Source: Geobacteraceae bacterium (GTDB lineage: Bacteria > Desulfobacterota > Desulfuromonadia > Geobacterales > DSM-12255). Taken from it: a stretch of DNA of 64,000 nt. Location: assembly GCA_031412995.1 (NCBI GenBank), contig JANOEC010000028.1, positions 15,458-79,457 on the forward strand. The letters run 5' to 3'. Positions 16,054-24,944 of this stretch are shown in pieces; the stretch's first letter is position 1, and every line of letters begins with the position of its first letter. Position numbers and translations under genes: made by a program. The notes below the pieces were generated by a model. The model worked only from the letters and a program-made list of their open reading frames with translations, was not told the DNA's origin and did not search any database.

Positions 16054-18081
16054 ATGACCAGTAAGCGAACATTTCCCAGTAAGGCCGATGTCATTGCCCT
16101 CACACCCGATCCAGCGGTGAGCGAGATGCTGGTTCATCTCGAACAGGCTGGCATCGAGACCACATTTGACCGCTTTGATGCCCAGAAACCCCATTGCGGT
16201 TTTGGACTCAACGGTACCTGCTGCAAAAACTGCCACATTGGCCCGTGCCGGATTACCGCCAAGAGTCCCAAAGGTGCCTGTGGTGCTGATGCCCATCTTA
16301 TTGTGGCGCGCAACATTCTTCGTTGGACTGCTGCAGGAGCAGCCGCTCACGGCGCTCGGGGCCGTGAGGTGATGCTGGCCCTCAAGGGTGCCGCCGACGA
16401 CAGCCTTGATCTGCCGATTCTCGGCCCGGAAAAGGTGGTTGCTTCGGCCAAGGCCTTTGGCATTTATGAAGAAACAAAATCGATCAAGGAGCTGGCCGGC
16501 GAAATAGCCTTGATTTTGCTGGACGATCTTTGCCGGACGTTACCGGGACCACACAAGACCCTGGAAGCCTTGGCCCCACCGGAACGGCTGCAGGTCTGGC
16601 GAGAGTTGGATATTCTGCCGATCGGCGCCTATCACGAGGTATTCGAAGCGCTGCATCGCACCACCACCGGCACCGATGGTGACTGGGAGAATGTTGTCCG
16701 GCAGATGCTCCGTTGCGGCCTGGCCTTTGCCTGGAGCAGTGTGGTTGGTTCAAGTATCGCCATGGACTGCCTCTATGGTCTGCCCAAGCGGAGCCGGATC
16801 AGCACCAACCTGGGGGTTATCAGCACGGACACAGTCAATATCGCGGTCCATGGCCATTCCCCGTTGCTGGTGGCAGCCATTGTCAAGGCCAGCCGGCGGG
16901 ACGATTTGATTTCTGGGGCACAGCAAGCGGGTGCCCGCACCATCCGACTTTATGGCATCTGCTGCTCAGGGCACTCGGCCCTGGCCAAGTTTGGTGAGGT
17001 GACGCCGCTTACCAATGCCGTTGGCGCGGAACTGGTCCTGGCTACCGGGGCCATGGACCTCTGGGTGGCGGATGTCCAGGATGTGTTCCCCGGGATCATG
17101 GATGTGGCAGCCTGCTTCCACACCCGGGTGGTCACCACCAGTGATTCGGCCCGGCTCCCCGGAGCCGAGCATATTGCCTTTGATCACCACCACAGCAATC
17201 TTGACCAGGCCGATGCTCTGGCTGAGCGGATCGTCCGTCGCGGCATCCAGGCCTATGGTGAGCGCCAGAGCGGCAAGGTTTTCATCCCAAAGGCGAGGAT
17301 GGAGGCGGAAGTAGGTTTTTCCGTCGAGAACATCCTCGCCACCTTCGGCGGTGTTGACGTGCTGCTGGAGCATCTGCGCAGCGGTCGCATCCGGGGGGTG
17401 GTGAACCTGGTGGGGTGCAACAACCCCAAGGTGGTCTTTGAGGAGGCGGTGGTCAAGGTGGCCGATGAATTGATTGCCCATGACGTGTTGGCGCTGACCA
17501 ATGGCTGTGCTGCCTATGCACTGCTGAAGCTTGGCTTCTGCCTACCGGAAGGGTTGGCCGCTGCGGGTCCCGGTCTTAATACTGCCTTGGCTCCGCATCA
17601 GCTGCCGCCGGTCTGGCACATGGGGGAATGCCTGGACAATGCCCGCGCATCGGCTTTTTTTCGCGCCATTGCCAATGCAGCCGCCGAGCCGCTCAAGCAC
17701 CTGCCGCTCGCCTTTTCCAGCCCGGAGTGGTCCAACGAAAAGGGGCTTGGCGCCGCCATGGGCTTTCGCCTGCTGGGACTGAATTCATACCACTGTCTTG
17801 CCCCGCCGGTCGCCGGCTCGGACAAGGTTGCCAACTTCATCTTTGCCGATACCCAGGAACTACTCGGTGCGGTTATGGTAGTCGACCCGGACCCAGTGGC
17901 CCTGGCCAGACGGATTGTGGCGGACTTTGATGCCCGGCGAGCGGCCATCGGTTGGTGCCAAAGTGCAAAACCTGCCGCGGCACGCTTGTCTGCACTGTGC
18001 AAGGAACAGGAACACGCCCATGCCCACGCGCATGGCCATCATCAAACCCATCACGAAATGGAGGAGCATCACCATGAATAG
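16054..18081 (+). CDS. CooS-type Ni-dependent carbon-monoxide dehydrogenase catalytic-subunit homologue with a His-rich C-terminal tail
   Basis: 675 aa. The N-terminal B/D-cluster Cys pattern is HCGFGLNGTCCKNCHIGPCRI...GACGADAH. Later motifs are VHGHSP, GICCSGHS, VGCNNPK, TNGCAAY and HMGECLDNA. The tail is HAHAHAHGHHQTHHEMEEHHHE. Confidence 0.85.
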   Translation: MTSKRTFPSKADVIALTPDPAVSEMLVHLEQAGIETTFDRFDAQKPHCGFGLNGTCCKNCHIGPCRITAKSPKGACGADAHLIVARNILRWTAAGAAAHGARGREVMLALKGAADDSLDLPILGPEKVVASAKAFGIYEETKSIKELAGEIALILLDDLCRTLPGPHKTLEALAPPERLQVWRELDILPIGAYHEVFEALHRTTTGTDGDWENVVRQMLRCGLAFAWSSVVGSSIAMDCLYGLPKRSRISTNLGVISTDTVNIAVHGHSPLLVAAIVKASRRDDLISGAQQAGARTIRLYGICCSGHSALAKFGEVTPLTNAVGAELVLATGAMDLWVADVQDVFPGIMDVAACFHTRVVTTSDSARLPGAEHIAFDHHHSNLDQADALAERIVRRGIQAYGERQSGKVFIPKARMEAEVGFSVENILATFGGVDVLLEHLRSGRIRGVVNLVGCNNPKVVFEEAVVKVADELIAHDVLALTNGCAAYALLKLGFCLPEGLAAAGPGLNTALAPHQLPPVWHMGECLDNARASAFFRAIANAAAEPLKHLPLAFSSPEWSNEKGLGAAMGFRLLGLNSYHCLAPPVAGSDKVANFIFADTQELLGAVMVVDPDPVALARRIVADFDARRAAIGWCQSAKPAAARLSALCKEQEHAHAHAHGHHQTHHEMEEHHHE

Positions 18082-19042
18082 ACGTGATTTTCTCAAGGCA
18101 TCCAGCCTCGCCCTGGCAGCTGCCGCCGCCCCAGGGCTGGTCGGTAACGTGTTTGCCGGTGGCGCCAAGGTCAACTTAAAGATTGGCTATCTTCCTATCA
18201 CCGATCATCTCCTGATGATTGCTGCCGAACGTGAACAGTTCAAAACTGTTGGTCTTCAGCCAATCAAGTTCTCTTCCTGGCCGGAGATTGCCGAGGCGCT
18301 CAAGGCCGGGGCAATTGATGGTGCGTTCCTGATCACCCCCATCGGATTGACCTTGCGGCAAAAGGGGGCGCCGGTAAAGGTCGTTCTGCTCGGGCACCGT
18401 AACGGCAGCGTGATCACTGTCAAGAATAGCGGTGAGATCAACCGGATCGAGGATCTGAAAGGGAAGATCATTGCTATCCCCAGCCCTTTTTCTACCCACA
18501 ACATCTTGTTGCGCAAAATTCTAACTGAAAAACATATCGATCCGACCAAGGATCTGAAGATCATCGACTTGCCGCCGCCAGAAATGGTCAACGCCTTGGC
18601 CACTGGCCGCATTCATGGCTACATCGTCGCCGAACCGTTCGGGGTCCAGGCGGAAGCTCAAAAGGTGGGCAAGATTCTTACGCTTTCCAAGGATATCTGG
18701 CGCGACCATATCTGCTGCGTGTTGAACTTACGGGAAACAGTCATCAGTTCACATCCGGAGGCAGTACAAGAACTGGTCAGTGGCTTCACCCGTACCGCCG
18801 CCTTTATTGAGGCCAACCCGGTTCTGGCGGCAAAGGGATCAACCAAGATTCTCGGGCAGAAACCGGAAATAATCGAAAAGGTGCTGACATCGCCCCGGGA
18901 TCGGCTGAGTTTCCTGAATCTGGTACCGAACAAAGCGGACTTTGCCGCCACTCAGGACTACATGGTGAAATTCGGCATTGCCAAAGACAAGGTTGATCTG
19001 GCGGGGTATTTGGACGATCGATTCGCCAAGAAGGCAGGGTAA
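18075..19042 (+). CDS. Tat-signal ABC substrate-binding protein, NitT/TauT (NrtA/SsuA/NMT1-like) family
   Basis: The ATG at 18075 overlaps the cooS-like stop by 7 nt. It has a twin-arginine leader MNRRDFLKASSLALAAAAAPG and the IGYLPITDHLLMIAAE motif typical of NrtA/SsuA-type binding proteins. Confidence 0.85.
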
Positions 19043-19045
19043 CGA

Positions 19046-19804
19046 ATGATTTCACGGCTACAAAAACTGGTGCTGCCGCTCTGTTCCCTGATTTTTTTTA
19101 TTGCGTTCTGGCAACTGGCGGCTAGCCGTTATCCTGCGGAACAGTTTCCGGCACCAATGGACGTGGTGCGGGCGATCAATGAATTGGCTGACAATGGCAC
19201 CCTCTGGGGGCATATCGGTATCAGTCTGGCCCGTTTCGCCGGTGCCTATCTGCTGGCGGTAATGGTGGCCATCCCGCTGGGGCTTTTCTTCGGTCGCTTC
19301 AGTCGCTGCCATGCCGCCATTGACCCGCTCATCCAGGTACTGCGCCCCATCTCACCAATCGCCTGGTTTCCCCTGGCGGTGCTCTGGTTCGGGATCGGTA
19401 ATGCCCCGGCGGTATTTATCATTTTTCTTGCCGCGTTCTACCCTGTGCTGCTCTCGACCATCAGTGCCGTGCGGGCCATTCCACCGCTCTATTTGAAGGT
19501 GGCCACCAATTTCGGGGCACGACCAGGGCTGACTTTTCTCCGGGTCATTGTTCCAGCAGCCTTCCCCGGCATCATGGTCGGCCTGCATATCGCCGTCGGT
19601 ACGGCCTGGATTCACCTGGTGGCAGGCGAGATGCTCGGTGCCCAGTCTGGTCTTGGCTTCATGATCGTTGATGCCCGCAACTTTCTCCGGACCGACCAGA
19701 TCATGGCTGGCATGCTGCTGGTTGGTATCCTTGGCTTGATCATCTATCGAGGAATGAAGGCAGTCGAGCACCTGGTCGGGCGACGCTGGGGAGTTATCTC
19801 GTGA
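19046..19804 (+). CDS. ABC transporter permease, NitT/TauT family
   Basis: 252 aa and multi-TM, with an EAA-like loop (ATNFGARPGLTFLRVIVPAAFPG). Confidence 0.85.
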   Translation: MISRLQKLVLPLCSLIFFIAFWQLAASRYPAEQFPAPMDVVRAINELADNGTLWGHIGISLARFAGAYLLAVMVAIPLGLFFGRFSRCHAAIDPLIQVLRPISPIAWFPLAVLWFGIGNAPAVFIIFLAAFYPVLLSTISAVRAIPPLYLKVATNFGARPGLTFLRVIVPAAFPGIMVGLHIAVGTAWIHLVAGEMLGAQSGLGFMIVDARNFLRTDQIMAGMLLVGILGLIIYRGMKAVEHLVGRRWGVIS

Positions 19805-20598
19805 GTATTTTGCCGCCAAAGATCCAGCTCCAGGGAGTTGAAAAGCGTTTTCGCTCGGCACGGGGCGAGGAACAGATCGCCCTCAATCAGGTTGATCTGG
19901 AAATCGGGGCCGGCGAGTTCACCTGCCTGGTGGGACCCAGCGGCTGTGGCAAGACTACCCTGATCAACCTGCTGGCCGGTTTTGAGCGGCCCACCAGCGG
20001 TTCAGTTCAGATCGACAGTAAACCGGTAATTGGCCCTGATCCGGACCATATCATGATTTTTCAGGATTACGGTCTCTATCCGTGGCGGACCGTTTTGGGT
20101 AATGTGCTTTTTGGCCTACAGGCCAAAGGTGTCCCGGCTGCCGAGGCGCGCGAAAAAGCCTTGGCAACTCTTGAACTGGTTGGCCTCCAGCAGGCAATCC
20201 ACAAGCATCCCCATGAACTGTCCGGTGGTATGAAGCAGCGGGTTGCCATTGCCCGGGCCCTGGCGGTTGAACCGAGCGTACTGTTTGTGGACGAGCCGTT
20301 TGCTGCCCTCGATGCCTTCACCCGCTTACGCTTGCAGGATGAGTTGCTGAACCTCTGGCAGAACAAAAAGCCGACCGTGGTTTTCGTCACTCACGATCTG
20401 GATGAGGCAATCACATTAGGGCAGCGTATTGTTTTGATGGCGCCAAATCCGGGGCGGATACAACGGGTGATCGAAGTTGGCCTGGCGTATCCCCGTGAAC
20501 GGACCAGTGCTGATTTTGCAACTGTGCGCCGGCAACTGTATAATGAATTTCATCTGGTGCATGAACAGGCCGCGTCTCAAGAAGAATTCACCATCTGA
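19801..20598 (+). CDS. ABC transporter ATP-binding protein, NitT/TauT family
   Basis: Contains Walker [10 protein letters not shown], the signature LSGGMKQR and Walker B LFVDEP. The GTG start overlaps the permease stop. Confidence 0.9.
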   Translation: MSILPPKIQLQGVEKRFRSARGEEQIALNQVDLEIGAGEFTCLVGPSGCGKTTLINLLAGFERPTSGSVQIDSKPVIGPDPDHIMIFQDYGLYPWRTVLGNVLFGLQAKGVPAAEAREKALATLELVGLQQAIHKHPHELSGGMKQRVAIARALAVEPSVLFVDEPFAALDAFTRLRLQDELLNLWQNKKPTVVFVTHDLDEAITLGQRIVLMAPNPGRIQRVIEVGLAYPRERTSADFATVRRQLYNEFHLVHEQAASQEEFTI

Positions 20599-20617
20599 GC
20601 AGGTGAAAGGAATCATC

Positions 20618-21456
20618 ATGTCGCAGTCCAGCAGGCGCACCACAGTTCTCCCCGGCTTTGGCCTGACCTTGGGTTACACCATTTTTTACCTCAGTATCAT
20701 TGTACTGATCCCACTGTCGGCATTGTTGTTCAAGACGGCGACCCTTACCTGGGCTGAGTTTGTGGCAGCGGTCACTTCTCCCCGGGTCATAGCCTCCTTT
20801 CGCCTGACCTTTGGCGCGGCCATTGCCGCGGCTCTGGTCAATGCGATCTGGGGGACGCTGGTGGCCTGGGTATTGGTGCGGTATCGTTTCCCTGGACGCA
20901 AGCTGATCGATTCGCTGGTTGACCTGCCGTTCGCCCTGCCAACGGCGGTGGCCGGTATCACCCTGGCCACAGTCTATTCGGCCAATGGCTGGTTGGGAAA
21001 GTATCTGGAACCACTGGGCATCAAGGTGGCCTTTTCGCCGCTCGGCATCGCGGTGGCCATGGTGTTCATCGGGCTCCCTTTTGTCGTGCGCACCGTCCAA
21101 CCCGTACTGGAAGAGCTGGAACCGGAACTGGAAGAAGCAGCGGCCTGCCTCGGCGCCAACCGCTGGCAGACCATCACCCGCATCCTGCTACCGGCTGTCA
21201 CCCCGGCCATTATCACCGGCTTTGCCCTGGCATTTGCCCGGGGGGTAGGGGGGTAGGGGAGTACGGCTCCATTATCTTCATCGCCGGTAACATGCCGATG
21301 AAATCGGAGATCACCCCGCTGTTGATCATCACCAAGCTGGAGCAGTACGATTACGCCGGGGCCACGGCCATCGCCACGGTCATGCTGGCCATTTCGTTTC
21401 TGATGCTGCTGGTGATCAATCTGCTGCAGAAATGGACCCGGCGCTACACCGCCTAA
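20618..21456 (+). pseudogene. cysT: sulfate ABC permease CysT, interrupted by an 8-bp tandem duplication
   Basis: The N-terminal part runs 20618-21256 and ends ...FARGVGG*. The remainder, [36 protein letters not shown]...RRYTA*, continues in another frame to 21456. GGGTAGGG is duplicated at 21243-21258. Confidence 0.8.
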
Positions 21457-21466
21457 AGGACAAACC

Positions 21467-22333
21467 ATGGCCAACACCAATCACAATAGCCGTACCGATC
21501 AAGCTCGCCGGCAGCTGAGCGAACCGTTGCTGGTCCGCTGGCTGTTGATTGCCACGGCCCTGCTGTTTCTGACCCTGTTCCTGTTCGTGCCGCTGGCCTC
21601 GGTGTTCAGTGAAGCCCTGGCCAAGGGGTGGGACACCTATCTGGCGGCGCTTAAGGAGGCTGACACCTGGTCGGCCATCAAGCTGACGCTGCTGGTAGCG
21701 GTCATCAGTGTTCCCCTGAATCTATTCTTCGGCCTGGCCGCTTCCTGGGCCATTGCCAAATTCGAGTTCCGCGGCAAAAGCCTGCTGATCACCCTGATCG
21801 ACCTGCCGTTTTCCGTGTCGCCGGTCATTTCCGGTTTGATCTACGTGCTGATGTTCGGCCTGCAGGGGTGGATTGGCCCCTGGCTGCAGGATCATGACAT
21901 TAGGATCATTTTTGCCGCGCCGGGCATTATCCTGGCGACGATCTTTGTGACCTTTCCCTTTGTTGCCCGCGAATTGATCCCGCTTATGGAATCCCAGGGG
22001 TGCGAAGAGGAAGAGGCGGCACTGACCCTGGGCGCCAGCGGTCTGCAGACCTTCTTCCGCGTGACCTTTCCCAATATCAAGTGGGGCATCCTGTATGGCG
22101 TGATTCTCTGTAACGCCCGGGCCATGGGGGAGTTTGGCGCAGTATCGGTAGTATCCGGCCATATCCGGGGGATGACCAATACAGTGCCGCTGCAGGTGGA
22201 GATTCTCTACAACGAATACAACTATGCCGCTGCCTTTGCCGTTGCCACGCTGCTGGCCCTGCTGGCACTGGTGACCCTGGTGATTAAGAGCTGGGTAGAG
22301 TTCAGGATGAGACAACAGGAGATACGGTCATGA
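21467..22333 (+). CDS. cysW: sulfate ABC transporter permease CysW
   Basis: 288 aa and multi-TM. Contains the EAA loop ([26 protein letters not shown]). Confidence 0.9.
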   Translation: MANTNHNSRTDQARRQLSEPLLVRWLLIATALLFLTLFLFVPLASVFSEALAKGWDTYLAALKEADTWSAIKLTLLVAVISVPLNLFFGLAASWAIAKFEFRGKSLLITLIDLPFSVSPVISGLIYVLMFGLQGWIGPWLQDHDIRIIFAAPGIILATIFVTFPFVARELIPLMESQGCEEEEAALTLGASGLQTFFRVTFPNIKWGILYGVILCNARAMGEFGAVSVVSGHIRGMTNTVPLQVEILYNEYNYAAAFAVATLLALLALVTLVIKSWVEFRMRQQEIRS

Positions 22334-23397
22334 GTATTGACGTTCGCGGTGTGAGCAAGCAATTCGGCCAATTCACGGCCCTGCAGGATATTTCGCTGAC
22401 AGTGCCGTCGGGTGAACTGGTGGCGCTCTTGGGGCCGTCCGGTTGCGGCAAGACCACACTGCTCCGGATCATTGCCGGGCTGGAATCGCCGGACGCGGGC
22501 GAGATCCTGTTCAACGGCCAAAACGCCCGGCAGAATGTCCAGGAGCGGCAGGTCGGCTTCGTCTTTCAGCATTATGCGCTGTTTCGCCACATGACCGTTT
22601 TCGACAATATTGCCTTTGGCCTGACCGTCAAGCCGCGCAGTTCGCGGCCATCGAAAGACAAAATCAAGGAACGGGTAAAAGAACTACTGTCACTTATCCA
22701 ACTTGAAAACATTGCCGATCGCTATCCATCCCAACTCTCCGGTGGCCAGCGGCAGCGGGTGGCCTTGGCGAGAGCCTTGGCGGTGGAACCACAGGTGTTG
22801 TTGCTGGATGAGCCGTTCGGGGCGCTGGACGCCCAAGTGCGCGTTGAACTCCGCCGCTGGCTGCGCCGGCTGCACGATGAGATTCATGTTACCAGTGTAT
22901 TTGTTACCCATGATCAGGAAGAGGCGCTGGAGGTGGCGGATCGGATTGTGGTGATGAACAAGGGGAAAATCGAGCAGCAGGGGACGCCGGATGAAGTTTA
23001 TGACAAGCCGGCGACACCATTTGTCTTCGATTTCCTCGGCAACGTCAATCTTTTCCATGGCCGGGTGCATGAAGGCCAGGCAAAACTTGGTGGCATTGCC
23101 GTCGCCTCCCCAGAGCATGCCGGCGCCACGAACGCCACGGCTGTTGGCTATGTTCGCTCCCACGACATTGAATTGGAGCGGATTCCATCCGATGATACGG
23201 CGATTGAAGCAACGGTCGTTTCCATCCACTCAGTCGGTCCGGTAGTGCGGGTCGTTCTGGTTTCCACAGCCGAGGGAACAGCACTGGAAGCGGATATCTC
23301 CCGGGATGTGGCTGATCGCCTGCAACTGAAAAAAGACGAAACTCTTTTTGCCCGACCGCGCAAGGTGCATCTGTTTGTCGATGATTATCAGATTTAG
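22330..23397 (+). CDS. cysA: sulfate ABC transporter ATP-binding protein CysA
   Basis: Contains Walker [18 protein letters not shown] and LLLDEP, plus a C-terminal TOBE-like regulatory domain. Confidence 0.95.
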   Translation: MSIDVRGVSKQFGQFTALQDISLTVPSGELVALLGPSGCGKTTLLRIIAGLESPDAGEILFNGQNARQNVQERQVGFVFQHYALFRHMTVFDNIAFGLTVKPRSSRPSKDKIKERVKELLSLIQLENIADRYPSQLSGGQRQRVALARALAVEPQVLLLDEPFGALDAQVRVELRRWLRRLHDEIHVTSVFVTHDQEEALEVADRIVVMNKGKIEQQGTPDEVYDKPATPFVFDFLGNVNLFHGRVHEGQAKLGGIAVASPEHAGATNATAVGYVRSHDIELERIPSDDTAIEATVVSIHSVGPVVRVVLVSTAEGTALEADISRDVADRLQLKKDETLFARPRKVHLFVDDYQI

Positions 23398-23764
23398 GAA
23401 TGAGATCTTGGGAGTAGTGCATGCACCAGAATACCAATAAAATTTTGCGACAACAGACTGCACTCCTGGGGGCATATAGAACCCTGCCCATGGTCGTATC
23501 GTTGACTTTACGGATATCCGTTCCCTTTACCTGAACATGGAGAAGGGTCGCGCCGAAGGAATTGGGGAAAAGCCTGAAGGAGATCGACGAGGCCAGACGC
23601 AAGCTGCTGTACCGGATCGCGCGGGTGATGGCACGATAACATCCTGTCCGCGTTGCCCCCTGATACATCCACCACCATCTTCGCTGCGGTAGATCAGGAA
23701 CTGATTCGTTTCTTCATTCATTTTCTTACTCCTGCTGATCTGCTTAATGATATTTATTCCCGCT

Positions 23765-24055
23765 CTATAATCGCCATTCCTTGCGATGTTCTGCAAGATT
23801 CTGTAGGGCTGGCCAAAGATCCCGGTCGGAGGGGGGAATGATGCCGCGACCTGAGAGGGTCATCAGAAAGCCGGGAACGTTGGGATCGGCGGCGATCTGG
23901 CGAGAGGTGATGACACCGCGATGCACCAAGTCCAGTAATGCCAACAGCAGAAGCGGCTTGTGCGGGGCCTTGCGTTTGGTGGCCTCAGTCCAGCTCGCGC
24001 CAGGGGCGCGGTTGAGGGAGGCGAAGTGTTTGATGGAGGTGGTGAGGTCGGTCAT
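23765..24055 (-). pseudogene. N-terminal fragment of a restriction-endonuclease-like (HNH_2-associated) protein
   Basis: The 96-aa ORF carries RKAPHKPLLLLALLDLVHRGVITS. I recall this motif from N-termini of HNH-type restriction proteins. The ORF ends without a nuclease domain. Confidence 0.35.
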
Positions 24056-24205
24056 GGTTTTCAGAATGATTACGTATTTGTATGGAGTTGAGACACGACC
24101 CCTATATGCCCGACCCCTATATGTCTCTCTCGATCAGAAACAGAAAAAAAGCGGCTTGAAATCCTGACTGCCGTACTATATAGTATCTAATGCCATAGGG
24201 TAAAC

Positions 24206-24495
24206 GTGAAAGCAAAGCAGATTTTTAAGGAAAAATAGCGGAAGGCGGTTATATTCAGGAGCAGGTTGTATGGCTCCTTGATACGCCTGTTACAGGTTGC
24301 CGACACCTCTTCAAGTATCGACTCTATTTTGGAACTGATGATGGGGTTTGTCTCGTTCGGTATGACAATGAGCGGGGCAAGGGAGACCATAAACATTTTG
24401 CGGGGATTGAATCCCCGTATTCTTTCAGCACAATGGAAACTGCATTCGCCGATTTTATTGCAGACGTAGACAGCATATTACAAAATGAGGATTGA
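24206..24495 (+). pseudogene. TumE-family (DUF6516) toxin, frameshifted in an A5 run
   Basis: Reads VKAKQIFKEK*, then resumes in a shifted frame with IAEGGYIQEQVVWLLD...FKYRLYFGTDDGVCLVRYDNERGKGDHKHFAG...ILQNED*. The shift is at 24231-24235. Confidence 0.55.
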
Positions 24496-24859
24496 AATCA
24501 TGAGAGACTTCAAGGTTGGAATAAAGAGCCGTGAAGAGGCAAACAAGGAAACTTCAGCGATATTTGCTCAGTTCGACAAAGGCATTTTTCCTGAACAGGC
24601 TGTTGAGCGTGTTTACTTTCATGATGTAAAAACATTCCTCAAGTACATTACGCCAAAACGGTTTGAGTTATTGGATAATCTCCACCACAACGGAGCGACC
24701 AGTGTCAGAGCATTGGCAAAGTTGCTGAATCGGCATTACAAAAATGTGTTCGATGACGTAAAGCTGCTGGAGCAGATCGGGCTGGTGGAGAAGGACGAGG
24801 CCGGTCTTTATTCGGTTCCATGGGATGAAGTGTCGGTATCGTTCAAGCTGGCCATGTAA
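24485..24859 (+). CDS. HTH (MarR/TumA-like) antitoxin-type DNA-binding protein
   Basis: 124 aa. ITPKRFELLDNLHHNGATSVRALAKLLNRHYKNVFDDVKLLEQIGLVEKDE has the winged-HTH pattern. It lies immediately after the TumE-like gene. An alternative start is ATG 24500. Confidence 0.65.
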   Translation: MRIEIMRDFKVGIKSREEANKETSAIFAQFDKGIFPEQAVERVYFHDVKTFLKYITPKRFELLDNLHHNGATSVRALAKLLNRHYKNVFDDVKLLEQIGLVEKDEAGLYSVPWDEVSVSFKLAM

Positions 24860-24944
24860 CGAGACAGGAATCAGAACATCATGGATAAAGAACTTTTTGA
24901 TCAATTGCACCAGAGCATGAAAGAGGCGGGAATACCGTTTTCCC

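Noticed and set aside
23400-23650. Protein-like reading-frame pieces after cysA (for example ...LGKSLKEIDEARRKLLYRIARVMAR*)
   Set aside because: They are too short and interrupted to assign to a family. I treated them as part of the decayed island.
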